Below, in pieces: positions 30,069-58,089 of a DNA stretch of 64,000 nt. Where the stretch lies: positions 2,790,001 through 2,854,000 of the forward strand of contig OZ218953.1 of assembly GCA_965112735.1 (NCBI GenBank), given 5' to 3'. The position numbers were made by a program, and so were the translations under genes. Numbering within the stretch: position 1 is the stretch's first letter; each line of letters opens with the position of its first letter. The notes beneath the pieces are model-generated. The model did not search any database and was not told the origin of the DNA. It saw nothing but the letters and a program-made list of their open reading frames with translations. The stretch is from Phaeosaccion multiseriatum. Lineage: Eukaryota; Protista; Ochrophyta, other classes.

Positions 30069-33000
30069 ATGCAAGAGGGAGACGAGGAGGGGGGGGAGAG
30101 GGATTTCCCCGCGCCCCCCGCTCTTCAGGGATCAGGTGGCAGCAAGACAGTTCATCCTTGGGGGGCCGATCCTGCTGCCGAAGCCATTCGATTTCTGAAC
30201 GGTGGGGATGAAGAGGAAGTCAGATACAGCGCGACGTGGACTTGTGATGGGGATGTCAAGGAGCCGGAGGGTGAAGGAGAAGGAGGAGGAGCAGATCGCT
30301 TTGGCGGGCAGGAGAGTGGCAACGACGAGAAGAAGCAAGACAAGAAGACGGCAGACGATAACCGCCGCCTGCGGCTTGTGCTCGCTGACATGCAGCACCA
30401 GCTGCAGCAGCGAGAAGAGGAAAACCGATTCCTCAGAGAGAAAGTGACGACATTGGTCGATGTCATCAGAGGCAATGACATTGCTGCGATTCCGGCAACT
30501 TTCACGTCTTCCTCTCCTCTTGCTGATGGAGAAAACGTTTCCTCGGCTCTCTCCACGGCCGTCGGTGGGCAAACCCCTCTCCATCTCTCCCTAAGGAAGG
30601 AGCTGCAGCAGCGAGAGCTTCACCGCACGAGTAGCGGCGCCGACATTGCCCTCAAGCTGCCCACCCATCTCCTCATCAGCAAAGACGCGATACAGCTACA
30701 TGGCATCGTCGGCCAGGGCAGCTTTGGACAAGTATGGAAGGCCTCGTGCCGGGGCGCCACCGTGGCCGTGAAGATGTTTATCATTCATGACGAGAAGGAC
30801 GTTGTGCACGAGATTCTTCTCATGGAGAAGGTCCGCGGGGCGCCACACGTGCTCGAGTTTGAGGGCTGTGTGATCGAGCAGAGTGATCCTTACAAGAGAC
30901 CACAAGTGGCGGTGGTGTCCAAGTTTATGGCCAATGGATCCCTGCGAGACGTGCTCATCGACAGGACCAAGGCCACCTACCGCCACTCCGTGCCCCTGCC
31001 TACCTTGCTCAAGATGGTGATGCAGGCGGCAGAAGGGGTTCGGCAGCTGCACAAGAGGGGTATCATACACCGTGATCTCGCCAGTCGCAATCGTGAGTCA
31101 ATATCCACCCATGATCATTTCTTTGTTGCTGTACGTACGTCGCCCCCCCCACCCTGCCTTCTGAACGCACTTGTCAACCTTCCCTCTCCTGCCTTGCGGT
31201 GCCTGGTGCCTTGCCTTACGTTACGCTGACGCTGACGCTGCCTTGTGCTGTGCTTGGTCTACACAGTCTTGCTCGACGAGCACTTGAACTGCTGTGTGGC
31301 CGACTACGGCATGGCTCGCATCAAACACGCCTACCGAGAAGAGACTTGGGCAAGCGGAGGAGGAGGAGGAGGAGGAGGAGGAGGAGGAGGAGGTGGTAGA
31401 GGTGGAGGCGGGGGCAGCGGAAGCATAAAGGTGTGGTCTGACTGGGGACTTACTTGGAGCTGCCCCGTCTGCTCTCCTGTGCCACTTTGCCCTGACGTAT
31501 GTGAATCCTTCCCTGACCCTCTTTCCCCCCACCACTCCCACTACGCTCTCTTCCAGGACAATACGGCAACGCCTTTCGGGCCAGTGAAGTGGGAGGCACC
31601 CGGTTAGTGCTCCTTTGTCGCCCCTTCCTCCCTCCCTCCCCCCTTCCCTCCCTCTCTCCCTCCCTCCCTCCCTCCCTCCCTCCCTCCCTCCCTCCCTCCC
31701 TCCCTCCCTCCCACCCTCCCTCCCTCCCTCCCTCCCTCCCCCTCTCCCTCCTCCCTCACTGAGCGTGTGCGTGTGCGCATTGGGATTCCCTGCCCAACAA
31801 GTCACGCCCTTCGCGTCCTCCTCTCTCGCTTGTTCCCTGGTCTCGGCCTCTGACTTGTCCTTCTGTCTTCTTCGCTGCACCCACAGAGAGTCTCCGACAG
31901 AAGGAATACTCTGAAGCGACGGATGCCTTCAGGTGAGTGAGTTCCTCCTCCTTTGTGTAAGAGGGATTGCACCATCAAGGGCCGTCCGCTGCCTTACTCC
32001 TTCCCCTCTCCTTCTCCCTATCCCCACACCTCCCTTAAGTCTTCATTCTATCTATCTTACACCTCTCTCTCTCTCTCTCAAACTCTTGTTCCCAATCTCT
32101 CCCTCTTGTTTTCTCCGCTTCTTTTATCCCTCCTCCGCCTCCCTCTGCTCAGCTTTGGAGTGGTGCTGTACGAGGTCTTTTGTCGTCGCGAGCCGTGGGA
32201 GGGTCTGGGGCTCTCCTTCGTGTCGTACAAGGTCATTAACGGCGAGCGCATGCTCATTCCCCCTCCCACAGACTCTGTAGCGGGTGAGTTGGAATTTGAG
32301 CTCGTGGGGGGGGGTCTATCTCTCTACGTTAGGCAGAGGTGCTGAGGTAGTGCCTGTCTACTGTTTGGGGCAGACTCTGCAGAGGAAGTGGGCGGGCGCC
32401 TCATTGTGTGTCATCCTCGCTTGACGAGACAGACGCAAGGACGGAGTCCAAATGATAGAGAAGGGCTTGAGGAGCGTGCATTCGGGCAAGCGAGGATCCA
32501 CCCCCCGCCCCTCTTTCCCACCTCTCTTTCACTCCACAACCTGACCGACTGCCTCTTCATCACCCATGGAACAACACACGACCAGGCGAGCTCATGCTCG
32601 CATGCTGGAATGGGAACCCAACCAGGAGGCCCAAGTTCGGGGAGATACACGACGCGCTCCGTGCCAGACACGACGAGGTTAGTGTGCGAGGCCCACTGAG
32701 ACCCACTGAGACCCATTGAGACCGATTGAGGCCTACTGTGACCCACTGAGGCCTACTGAGGCCTCCGACCTTGAGTCTGGTGGACCTTGGGCCCAAGCAG
32801 AACGGGCTTCATATCGTGATGATGATTTGAACTTTCTCTCTCTTTGACAAACAGATTCTCGATGAGCAGCGAGAAGCCAAAGCCTCGGTGCGTACTGTCT
32901 CTCAGTTGTGCCATGGCACGAAGCTGCTCAAGCTGCCGTACCACAGCGGTGGCGGTGGCGTGACTGGTGGAGGCGTGGCCACGACAGGTGGGGCTGCCGC

Positions 33001-34629
33001 CTCAGCTGCAGCGGTAGGGGGGGCAGCAGGAGGAGGAGGTGCCGCCGCAGCAGGAGAAGCAGGAGGAGCAGCGAGAGAAGGCGAAGGCGGAGGCGGAGGG
33101 GGAGGAGGGGGGGGGGGAGGGGGCTGGGGCATCCTGGGCAGGCGAAGACCGAACGTGCTGCCCAAAGAGAAGGTCTTCAAGGTGAGCGCCGACCTCCGGC
33201 GGCTCGGATGGGTCACCGTGCACACCCTGCCTAAGCCCATGACAGTACTGCCCTCGAGATGGCAGTGGTGGGGCGATAAGAGAGGGAGTACGGACGGTGG
33301 GGCGGAGGCAGGAGGGGGTGGGGCCGCGGCAGCAGCAGTTGGTGATACAGCAGGAGGAGCAGGAGGAGGAGGAAGAGCGCAAGGGATGGAGGGAGGTGAG
33401 CCCCGGGTCTTGTCCGAAGTTCGAGCAGGGGCGTTTCGAGAAACAGAGGGAGAGGGAGAGGCAGAGGCAGACGAACATGGAGAAAGCGAGGGGTTTGGAG
33501 AGCCGGGGCGAGCTGCCAAGACCCCCCGGGGCCCGGAGGGGAGGGAAGAGGGAGACGGGGATGGCAGTCTCGGTCATGCCCACAGTCGGGGTGGCGAAGG
33601 CGGTGCTGCTGATACAGGCAGCGGTGTGGCGGGCGTGCTTGGTGACGCAGTCGGATGGGGCGCCTCAAAGGTCAGGAGGGCCAGCGCTGGACCCGCTCAG
33701 AGCTCTGCTGCTGCTGCCGCCGCTGCTGTGCGTGGGGGAGGAGGAGGAGGAGGAGGAGGAGGAGGAGGAGGAGGGAGCAGCGTTCCTACTTCCGGTGGTC
33801 GTCCGCGCTCCTGGGCATACTCCTCCCCTTCCGGAGGGAGTGGAGCAGGCGAGGGTGGTGGCGGCTCAGGGGGGAAGGCAGCGGCTCTGGCCCAAGCATT
33901 GAAGCCCACGTGGGTGGACATGAAAGACATCGTCGGGGTGGAGCGGGGCTGGGTGGGTGAGTGCCTAATAGAGTGATGAAAGTAGGGGTGGAGCGGGGTT
34001 GGGTTGGTGAGTGCCTAATAGAATGATGAAAGTAGGGGTGGAGCAGGGCTGGGTTGGTGAGTGCCTAATAGAATGATGGAAGTAGGGGTGGAGCAGGGCT
34101 GGGTTGGTGGGAGCCAAATGAACCAGAGGGGGGGTGAAGTCTGTTTTCCTCGCGTTGTCCGAAATCATGCCATGCCCCCCTCGCCCGTCAAATGTGGAAC
34201 CGCCTACACTCTTACTCCCCGCCATCTGCTGCCATCTGCGGCCTTCTCCTCAAGGCCCGACCTTCGAGCGCTTCTCTCAAGAGCCTGCGCGAGTGCTGGA
34301 GCCCTATTTGAACATGTTCGCGCTGTGCGTGCACCTGCCCACGCGTACCCTGGACCTGCTCTTTCCCAGCGAGGAACTGCTCGAGCTGTGGGAAACGGGC
34401 CTGCTTGAGCTGTCCGGGAGACTGCGCTCAGGTGTGGACTCTTTCCGTGTGGTTTGAGTTGAGGTTGAGGTTCGGGTTGGGGTTGGTGGTGGTGGTGGTG
34501 GGGGGGGGGGGATCGTGTTGTTGACATGTGCTGCCTTCCTCTCCTGCGTGCCTCTTCCATCTTCTGACCGGGTTGTCTATCCGTGTGCCCATCCGCCTCG
34601 GCCCTGCTCTCCTCCTCATCCTACTACTG

Positions 34630-34678
<49 letters not shown>

Positions 34679-34681
34679 CAC

Positions 34682-34725
<44 letters not shown>

Positions 34726-34768
34726 CTCCTCCTCCCTACTACTGCTACTACTACTGCTAATACTACTG

Positions 34769-34816
<48 letters not shown>

Positions 34817-35596
34817 CTCCCTACTACTGCTACTGCTAATACTACTGCTAATACTACTGCTGCTACTACTACTACTACTTCTGCTGCTACTACTACTGCT
34901 ACTACTTTACTATTCCCAGGAAACGCGATGCGCTCCCCTCCCCTTCACATCAACCCCGAGCTTCCCCTGCACGGACTTCAGCAGCAGGAGTGGGCGTGCC
35001 TGGGTCAGCTAAGGAGGGGGTGGCACCTCCTCAAATACTCACACGCAGGCCCTCCGCACGAGCGCTTCTTCTACTTGCGGGTGCGTAGGCGTGTATGTAT
35101 GTATGCATATATGTATGCATGTGTGTATGCAGGCATGTATGTATGTATGTATGTATGTATGTATGAATGTATGTATGTATGTATGTATGTATGTATGCAT
35201 GTATGTATGCAGGCATGTATGTATGTATGTATGTATGTATGCAGGCATGTATGTATGTATGTATGTATGTATGTATGTATGTATGTATGTATTTTTGAGT
35301 GTGTCTGAGTAGGGTGGGTGTGAATGTGCGCGTGTATGTGTGTGCGTGTGTGAGTGCGTTCGTGTGTGCCCGTGCGGGTGTGTGTGGGGTGGTGGGTGGG
35401 TGATAGGTGTCTGCGTGTGTGTACATGGGCGGGCAGAGGAAGGAGGAGGGCGGCATGAGTGCATTTTTGTGAAGAGGATTTTATCGCGACTCGGCTGAAG
35501 TACGTTCGCCTCATCATTCCCGTTGTTCCGACACCCCGCTCTACCTCTACTATCCTCTGTGCTGCCTCGCGCCCCTCCCCGCCCTCCCTCTCTCTC

Positions 35597-35668
<72 letters not shown>

Positions 35669-35672
35669 TCTC

Positions 35673-35703
<31 letters not shown>

Positions 35704-35719
35704 CCCTCTCTCTCTCTCT

Positions 35720-35752
<33 letters not shown>

Positions 35753-36936
35753 ATCGTCTCTCAGTTGGACAAGGAGGTAGCTCAGCTGCAGTGGATGACC
35801 CGCGAGAAGAGCAATGACGCACCAAAGCTCAAGAGCATCAGCCTGGCCAAGATCCGCTTCGTTGTGTCTCCAGGTACGTGCGGAAGCGCAAGGAAGGCGT
35901 GGCCTCCCAATGTCTTACGTAACGATTACATGGGTATGCAGGAGTGTAAATCATCGGAAGGAGGAAAGATGATGTGCACCGTGTGGTGTGCTTCAAAACC
36001 CTATCAACCTCATTATGGCGCCCTCCTCCTCCCTTCTCTGACTCTCTGTTCTGCCTTGCTCTCCTCCTTCCTTCTCTGACTTCTCACCCCTCTTCTTCTT
36101 TGCTGCACTACTTTGCTGCACTACAGGCATCGCGGGAGGCGACCGCTGGAGCACTGACGGGGTCCTCAGCCCCGGAGTGGAGACGGCGGCCGACCTGCTC
36201 ACCTTCAGTCTGCTCGACGAGAGCGGCAATGTTAGGATCTCTCTGCAGGCGCCAAATCGAGGTGCGTTTGGGTGTGTGGGTGTGTGGGTGTGTGCGTGTG
36301 TGGGCGTGTGGGTGTGTGGGTGTGTGGGTGTGTGGGTGTGTGGGTGTGTGGGTGTGTGGGTTTGTGGGCGTGTGGGTGTGTGGGTGTGTGGGTGTGTGGG
36401 TGTGTGGGTGTGTGGGTGTGTGGGTATGTGCGTATGTGCGCCAGAGAGGAGGGAGGGCGGGAGAAATGGAGAGGGCGGGGGGGGGGGGGGAATAGGGAGA
36501 GAGAGAGAGCGTATGTAACCACCCACGTTCAAAGGCTGATCCGGACTCTACGTGCACGTACCGAAACACGAAACTCGAAACCCGACTTTTGCATGCCTCT
36601 CCTCTTTGATTCTCTGACGATTGACTCGATTGACCGATGTACCATTTGACTGATTGACTCGGTTGACCGATGCACCAATTGACTGATTGACCGACTGACC
36701 GATGATTATGCCCTTGACCAATATTGACTTTCGCCTTAGGCATCTTGGACATGTGGGTGTACGGCTTGGGCATCGTGGTGCAGTGGCTGCACTCGTGCGA
36801 AACGCACGGAGACACGTTCTATGTGCAGAGCCGCCGCCACGAGCCTCCGAGGCATGAGTCTCCACAGCCGCAGCCCATGAGGGAGAGGCAGAGGCAGCAG
36901 CATGCCCACGGCTTTGAGCTGCTCATTGCTGAGGGT

Positions 36937-36985
<49 letters not shown>

Positions 36986-37811
36986 GGCGGTATAGGCAGG
37001 GGGGCAGCGCCAGTGAGCACGAGAGGGCGGCTGTGGGCGCGGAAGAGGCAGGGGCAGGGGCAGAAGGAGCCGAATCAGCAGATTCGCCACGCGGCTTGGA
37101 CATCTTTCTACCCAGCGATGTCCGCAGGAGCTCGCTCTCTTCCCAGTCTCCCCTCTCTCAGAACAGCTCTCTCTTGGCTCTGCAGCAGCATCAGCCGCAG
37201 CAGTTGGTGATACAGCAGGGTCGACGCCGCCAATCCGCCTCGCGCCGCTCGTGGGTTGGCAGTGCCACATCCTCACTCTCTGCCGCCACACCGACTTCGC
37301 TGAGTCCGACTGCCTACCAACACCAGCAGATACATCAGTTGGTGATACAGCAGCAGCCGCTGCACCAGCAACAGCCGCACCAGCAGTTGGTGATACAGCA
37401 GCAGCAGCAGCAGCAGCAGCTCCGACCGTGGAGCCTGCGGAGCTTTGCCGGACTGACGAGCACTGCAGCCAAACTCTCTCAAGCGGCCTCGCTGCTGGAG
37501 GCCAGGAATCAGGTACGATGGAAAGGTGGGCCCGCTAGACGTGGTCTCTAGTGGTTTCTAGTGCGGTTTGGTTTTTATATCTTATTATCTTTTTGTACCC
37601 GCTTTAGAGGGTTCAGCGAGCGGGGAGAGTCTTCGGTCAGAATCTTTGGGTAGGGTAGGATGCCACGTCTTTTTTGCCTGCTCTCACGCTTCTTGTTTGT
37701 GGCCTTTTGCTCCCTCCAACTTTTCGCTTCTCAACGTGGCCTCTCTCTCTCTCTCTCGCTCCTCTCTCTCTCTCTCTCTCTCTCTCCCTCTCCCTCTCTC
37801 TCTCTCTCTCT

Positions 37812-37856
<45 letters not shown>

Positions 37857-37869
37857 TCTCTCTCCCCCC

Positions 37870-37902
<33 letters not shown>

Positions 37903-38409
37903 ATCCCATAGCTCCAAGACAGGGACCGTAGCCCCTCCCCGACCCTCTCCCCTGACGGTGATGAGTGGGTCAAGGTCAGCGTCGGAGATAGAGTCGGCAA
38001 GGCTCAGGCTGAGGGCCAGGGCCAGGGCCAGGACCAGGGGCAGGGGCAGGATCAGGATCAGAGTCAGAGTCCGGGCCAGGGTCAGGGTCAGGGTCAGGGT
38101 GAAGGCGACAGCTCTGGGGATGGTCGGGTGTCGATGGAGGGAGAGCGCCCCGCTGGCGAGGAGGGCAGAGAGAGCGCGGCCGTGGCCGTGGTCATGGCCG
38201 GGGGGATGGAGAGGATCAGGGAGGCGGTGTCAGGACCTTCGGTGGTGGGAGAAGGCAGCTCCCCAACCCCCCGGAGGGATGGACAGGCGTGGGGCGTAGG
38301 GGGGGCCGGTGTGGCTCACTACAGTGATGGGGCGGAACTCTCCCACTACGACAACGCCATGGCCACCATCGCCTCAGAGGGGGAGGAGGAGGGCGGCGAT
38401 GCGAGCTGA
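30069..38409 (+). CDS. Protein kinase (TKL/tyrosine-kinase-like) with N-terminal coiled coil and two C-terminal PH domains
   Basis: GQGSFGQV, VAVK, HRDLASRN|VLL, DYGMAR, GPVKWEAP|E, TDAF|SFGVVLYE, CW..RRP. PH-like segments: GTKLLK..KEKVFKVSAD..RTLDLLF..LELWETGL and RGWHLLKYSHAGPPHERFFYL..LDMWVYGL. Confidence 0.88.
33935..34109. repeat. 50-bp tandem repeat (about 3.5 copies) spanning an exon/intron donor junction
   Basis: Units begin at 33935, 33985, 34035 and 34085. Confidence 0.9.
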
Positions 38410-39168
38410 GTTAGAGAGGAGAGGGGTGGAGGGGAGTTGGCGTTGAGCTGCACTGCACGTACTTGATGGATGCACGTTTTGAGTTTGCTGCTGCGGCAGT
38501 TGAGGTTGTAGAGGGTGGAATGGAAGGCTCTGGGAACGAGGGGGGCTGGCTGGGGTCGACGGCCGAGAAGGGCTGTCGGCGGTCGCGAGGGAGGGAAGGA
38601 AGGAAGGAGGGAGGGAGGGAGGGAGGGAGGGAGGAGGGGTGATGAGGCTTATTGCCAATTGTGGTGTAAAGTGCGACACCCAAGACGTACAAGCAGAGAG
38701 GTGTAAGTACCTATTTAACGAGCAAGGGGACGGCGCCGTCGAGGGGATTGGATTCCCTCCCCGGTGCCAACACGAGCGGCGGAGGCATATACTTATTGAC
38801 TTAATAGGAGAGGGGCGGAGGCATGGAGTGAGGGGCGTGGAGCGTCTCACCAACCAACTTCGACTGCCGAAGGGGCGTTAAGAAATGCTCCTATATTACA
38901 CCCTTAAGTGCAATCTATGATTGTCTAAAAGTACTCTCCGAGTATCCTCCGATGCGTACTGTAAGAAATGCCCAAATTGTGCTGTGAGTCCGCTCCGTCG
39001 TATCACCAACGGCAGAGGCAGTCGCCACAAGGATCGGCCCAGGCCACAAGTGATCCACAACTTCTCGTGCTTTTTCTTCTCTCTCCCTCAACCTCCCCAC
39101 CTCCCGAATCAACCATCGCTGTCAGCACAGTAGCAGCAGTATAAGGAGGATCGGCTCAACTGAGCGCC

Positions 39169-41782
39169 ATGGTTGGGAACGGCGTGGGTTGCAGCTCCTC
39201 CCATCTCCTTGGAGGAGCCTTCATTGGAGTGAGCCCTCAGTGGCAAGGGCACCACGGGCTTTCGGCGGATGGCAGAACCAAGGCCGGTGCGGAAGGCTGT
39301 TCTGGTGCACGTTATGTGCACCGCTTCTTGAGGAAGAGGAAGAGGCCGTCTCTGTCGGTATTCTCGAATAGGGGTCTCTTCCCTAGCTCTCGAGGCCAGC
39401 AGTATGGCGTGAGGGACAGGGAGGCAGGGGTGCTTTCAGGACGAGCACAGGGAGTCGGCAGGACCCAAGCAAGAGAAGTAGGTAGACAGAAAGGGAGGCC
39501 TAGAAGAAGCACGAGAGGGTTGGTCTTCAAGGGTAGTGCCACCGGTCTGGAAGAGCCGTCCACAGGGGACAAACAACAGGAGGAGCAGCTGCAGGAGAAG
39601 GACGGACGGGTAACGCAGCGCCAGATGAAGCTCACGAGCGAGATCCAGAAGCTGGGCAGGCAGAAGAAGTGGAGGCAAGTGGTGGGCGCCATTCAGGCCG
39701 CCAAGGGCTCCTGTCTTCCACCGGGACTGTTTGCGTACAGCGCCGCCATCAACGCCGTGGGCCGCTGCGGGCAGTGGGAGGAAGCCCTGGCACTACTTAC
39801 CGACATGCAGGTGTGTGCACAGAAAGAGAGAGAGGGAGAGGGAGAGGGAGGGAAGGGAACAGCGACATTTTGAAGACACCCTTCCTTCTCCCTCTCACAA
39901 TTCACACTTGAATAGGACAGTGTGCAAAGTTTTCATTGTACGATAGAGGCCGGCTCTGCTGCTAGAGGGGAAGCGAGCCTGTCGCCCCTCTCACTGCTGC
40001 TGCGGCTTGCCTTCAATGTCCCGATGCTCTTCAATGTCCCGATGCTCTGCTCTCGTCCCTGCACATCGTATCGTCTTGTGTTCGGGTCCTTGCTCCCTCC
40101 CTCCCTCAATCTGTCCTGCCCTCCCTCCCTCCCTCCCTCCCTCCCTCCTCCCTTCCTCATTTCCTCCCTCCTCCCTCCCTCCTTCCCTCCCTCCCTCACC
40201 CCTTTACACTGCAAAGGCCGATGGAGTGGAGCCCAACGTCGTGTGTTTCGACGCGGCCATTGCGGCTTGTGGCAGTGCCGGCCAGCTGGACAAAGCCCTC
40301 GATCTGCTCAAGGAGATGCAGCGTAAGGGCGTGATTCCCGACGCCCGAAACTACACGGCTGCAATTTCTGCGTGCGGGCAGGCGGGCCAGCATGGCAAGG
40401 CTCTGGAGCTGCTCCGCGGCATGTCGGCAGCGAGCGGAATCGAACCCACGGCCAAGAACTACGGTTCTGCCATACATGCCTGCGGTGAGTGTAGTGAGAG
40501 AGGGGGCGGATGGGCGGGCAAGCAGCGCTGTGCGTTCCCTCCTCTGTATCAGAACTCCGCCCCCCCCCCTCACACACACATACGTAATTCTTAGGTTGAT
40601 TCCTTTGAGTCAATATATTAACCCCTCCGCTCTCTCTCCTCTCTCTCTCTTTCTCTTTCGTATCCCTTGGTCGCTGTCCCTGGCTCTATCTTCTTCTCTT
40701 TCTCTCTTCTCTCTCTTTCTCCCCCTCGCACTCAACTCTCCCCCCCCCCCCTTCCCCCCCCCCACTCGCTGTGTGTGTTTGTCAACGCGCAGGGCAAGCG
40801 GGCAAGGCGGACCTGGCGCTTGGTCTCTTACGCGAAATGGAGCAGAAAAAGCTCCGGCCTGACGTCATCTGCTACAGCGCAATCATCACTGCTTGCGGCA
40901 GGGCCGGGCAGGTGCAGAAGGCACTGGATGTGCTGACCATGATGAAGGCCAAGGGGGTGGCGCCCAACGTCAGGACCTACACCGCCGCCATTATGGCTTG
41001 TGGCAAGGCCAAGGCCAGCGAGGATCAACGGGGTGGGGCTGCGGCTGCAGCAGGCCGTCAGGCGGTGAGTGTCTCTCTGCTGTTGCTGTGTCAGAGCGTC
41101 AGTGCGTTGGTGCGGTGTGTGCGTCTGCTTTTGTTGGGGAGCGTGTGTGCGTGTGAGGGGAGCGGGGGAGGATCAACTCTGGTGCGTGGGTATGGGAGGG
41201 AGGGCGAGAGAGAGGGAGATAAGGCCAAGTCTAATGTATACTTCTCGACCACCTCGTGCGCACCCTTCCCTCCCTCCCTCCCTCCCTCCCTCCCTCCCTC
41301 CCTCCTTCCCTCCCTCCTTCCCTCCCTCCGTCCCTCCCTCCCTCCCTCCCTCCGTCCCTCCCTCCCTCCCTCCCTCCGTCCCTCCCTCCCTCCCTCCCTC
41401 CCTCCCTCCCTCCCTCCCTCCCTCCCTCCCTCCCTCCCTCCCTCCCTCCCCCTCTCTCTCTCTCTTGTTGCCACTGAAGGACACGGCTGTGCGGCTTCTC
41501 CAGGAGATGGCAGCTTGTGGTGTAGAGCCCAACGAACTCAGCTACAGCGCGGCCATTGCGGCGTGTGGCAGGGGCGGCCAGGCAGACAGGGCACTCGGCC
41601 TCCTCGCAGACATGAAGCAAGCAGGCCTCATGCCGAGCCTGCGCAGCTTCAGTGCCGCCATCGCAGCGTGTGAGCGCGTAGGAGATAACGTACGCGTCGC
41701 GGCGCTGATGCGGGAGATGGAAGCGAGGGGCATGCAGCACGGGGAGCTGTCCGGCGGCAAGGGAGGATGGGACTCCGTGTAG
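39169..41782 (+). CDS. Pentatricopeptide repeat protein (about 9 P-type motifs)
   Basis: Repeats such as YSAAINAVGRCGQWEEALALLTDMQ|ADGVEPN and YSAIITACGRAGQVQKALDVLTMMKAKGVAPN over four exons. 5' end may be incomplete. Confidence 0.93.
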
Positions 41783-41948
41783 GGATGGCTGGATAGGAGG
41801 GACGGGGCTCGGCTTGGCTGGGTTTAATTGGGTGTGATTGGGTGTGGCTGTGTGGGTGGGTGGGTGGGTGGGTGGGTGGTATTGGACTCGGTCAACTGAC
41901 TGGGTGGGTAGGACTCCGTGTAGGGATGACTGAATTCCTGGGTGGTAC

Positions 41949-42245
41949 CTGCAATACATCAAACATGAACAATCTTCCATGCACATCCCCGCACATATGT
42001 TATATATGTGTTTATATATACATACACATATATAACATATGTGCGAGAATGTGGATGGAAGATTGTTCATGTTTGATTTTTTTTCCCCCCTTTTTTGAAT
42101 GGGTGGTACTGCAATACATCAAACATGAAAATCTTCCATGCACATCCCCGCACATATGTTATATATGTGTTTATATATACATACACATATATAACATATG
42201 TGCGAGAATGTGGATGGAAGATTGTTCATGTTTGATGTATTGCAG
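41949..42245. repeat. Two tandem copies of an AT-rich ~137-nt fold-back element (MITE-like or pre-miRNA-like)
   Basis: CTGCAATACATCAAACATGAA..TATATGTGT pairs with ACACATATA..TTCATGTTTGATGTATTGCAG. Copies at 41949-42077 (3'-truncated) and 42109-42245. Confidence 0.85.
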
Positions 42246-42863
42246 GGGGACTCCGTGTAGGGATGACTGGGTGGTATTGGACTTGGTCCGGCCGGAGAGC
42301 TCCATCAGCCCCTCCAGGGCTTCCATTGACTCCGGCCTATTCAGTTGTTGTGTAGTAGTACTTGATCATGATAATTTTGGCACAAAGAGCAAAGAGCAAG
42401 AGGAAAGGCCCTGAAGGGGGCTGACGGCGGAGAGGATTCGAGGGTGTGTGTGTGGTGTATGTCATCCAGTTAATAAGATGGCTTAGCTGCGATGGTATCA
42501 CGAGAGAGAAAGAGCTGGTGTGCGGGGAGAGGGCGAATGGCCTTTCGTCGCCGTTTGCTTCGCGGCCTCTCTTCTCTCTCCTCTCTCCTCTCCTCCTCCC
42601 CCCCTGATCGTCAGTGAGGGAAAAGCGACTCCCTCTGGGCATCAGCTGTCTCTGTCTGTCTATCGGTCGGTCTGTCTGTCTGTCCATCTCGCTTTGTCTG
42701 TCCCCCCACCGCCACAAGAAGGCCGGAAGGCCGGAGCTACGAGACCGCTGCTGCTGCTCTTGCTGCCATTACTGCTGCTGCTGATGTTGCTGCTGCTGCC
42801 GCTGCCGCTGCCGCTGCCTCTGCCGCCCTACAAACAAAAGCTCTAGCCCCGCCGGTCTATCAA

Positions 42864-58089
<15,226 letters not shown>

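Noticed and set aside
38639-38881. 80-aa non-repetitive ORF between the kinase and PPR genes
   Set aside because: No recognisable motif or convincing splice connection.
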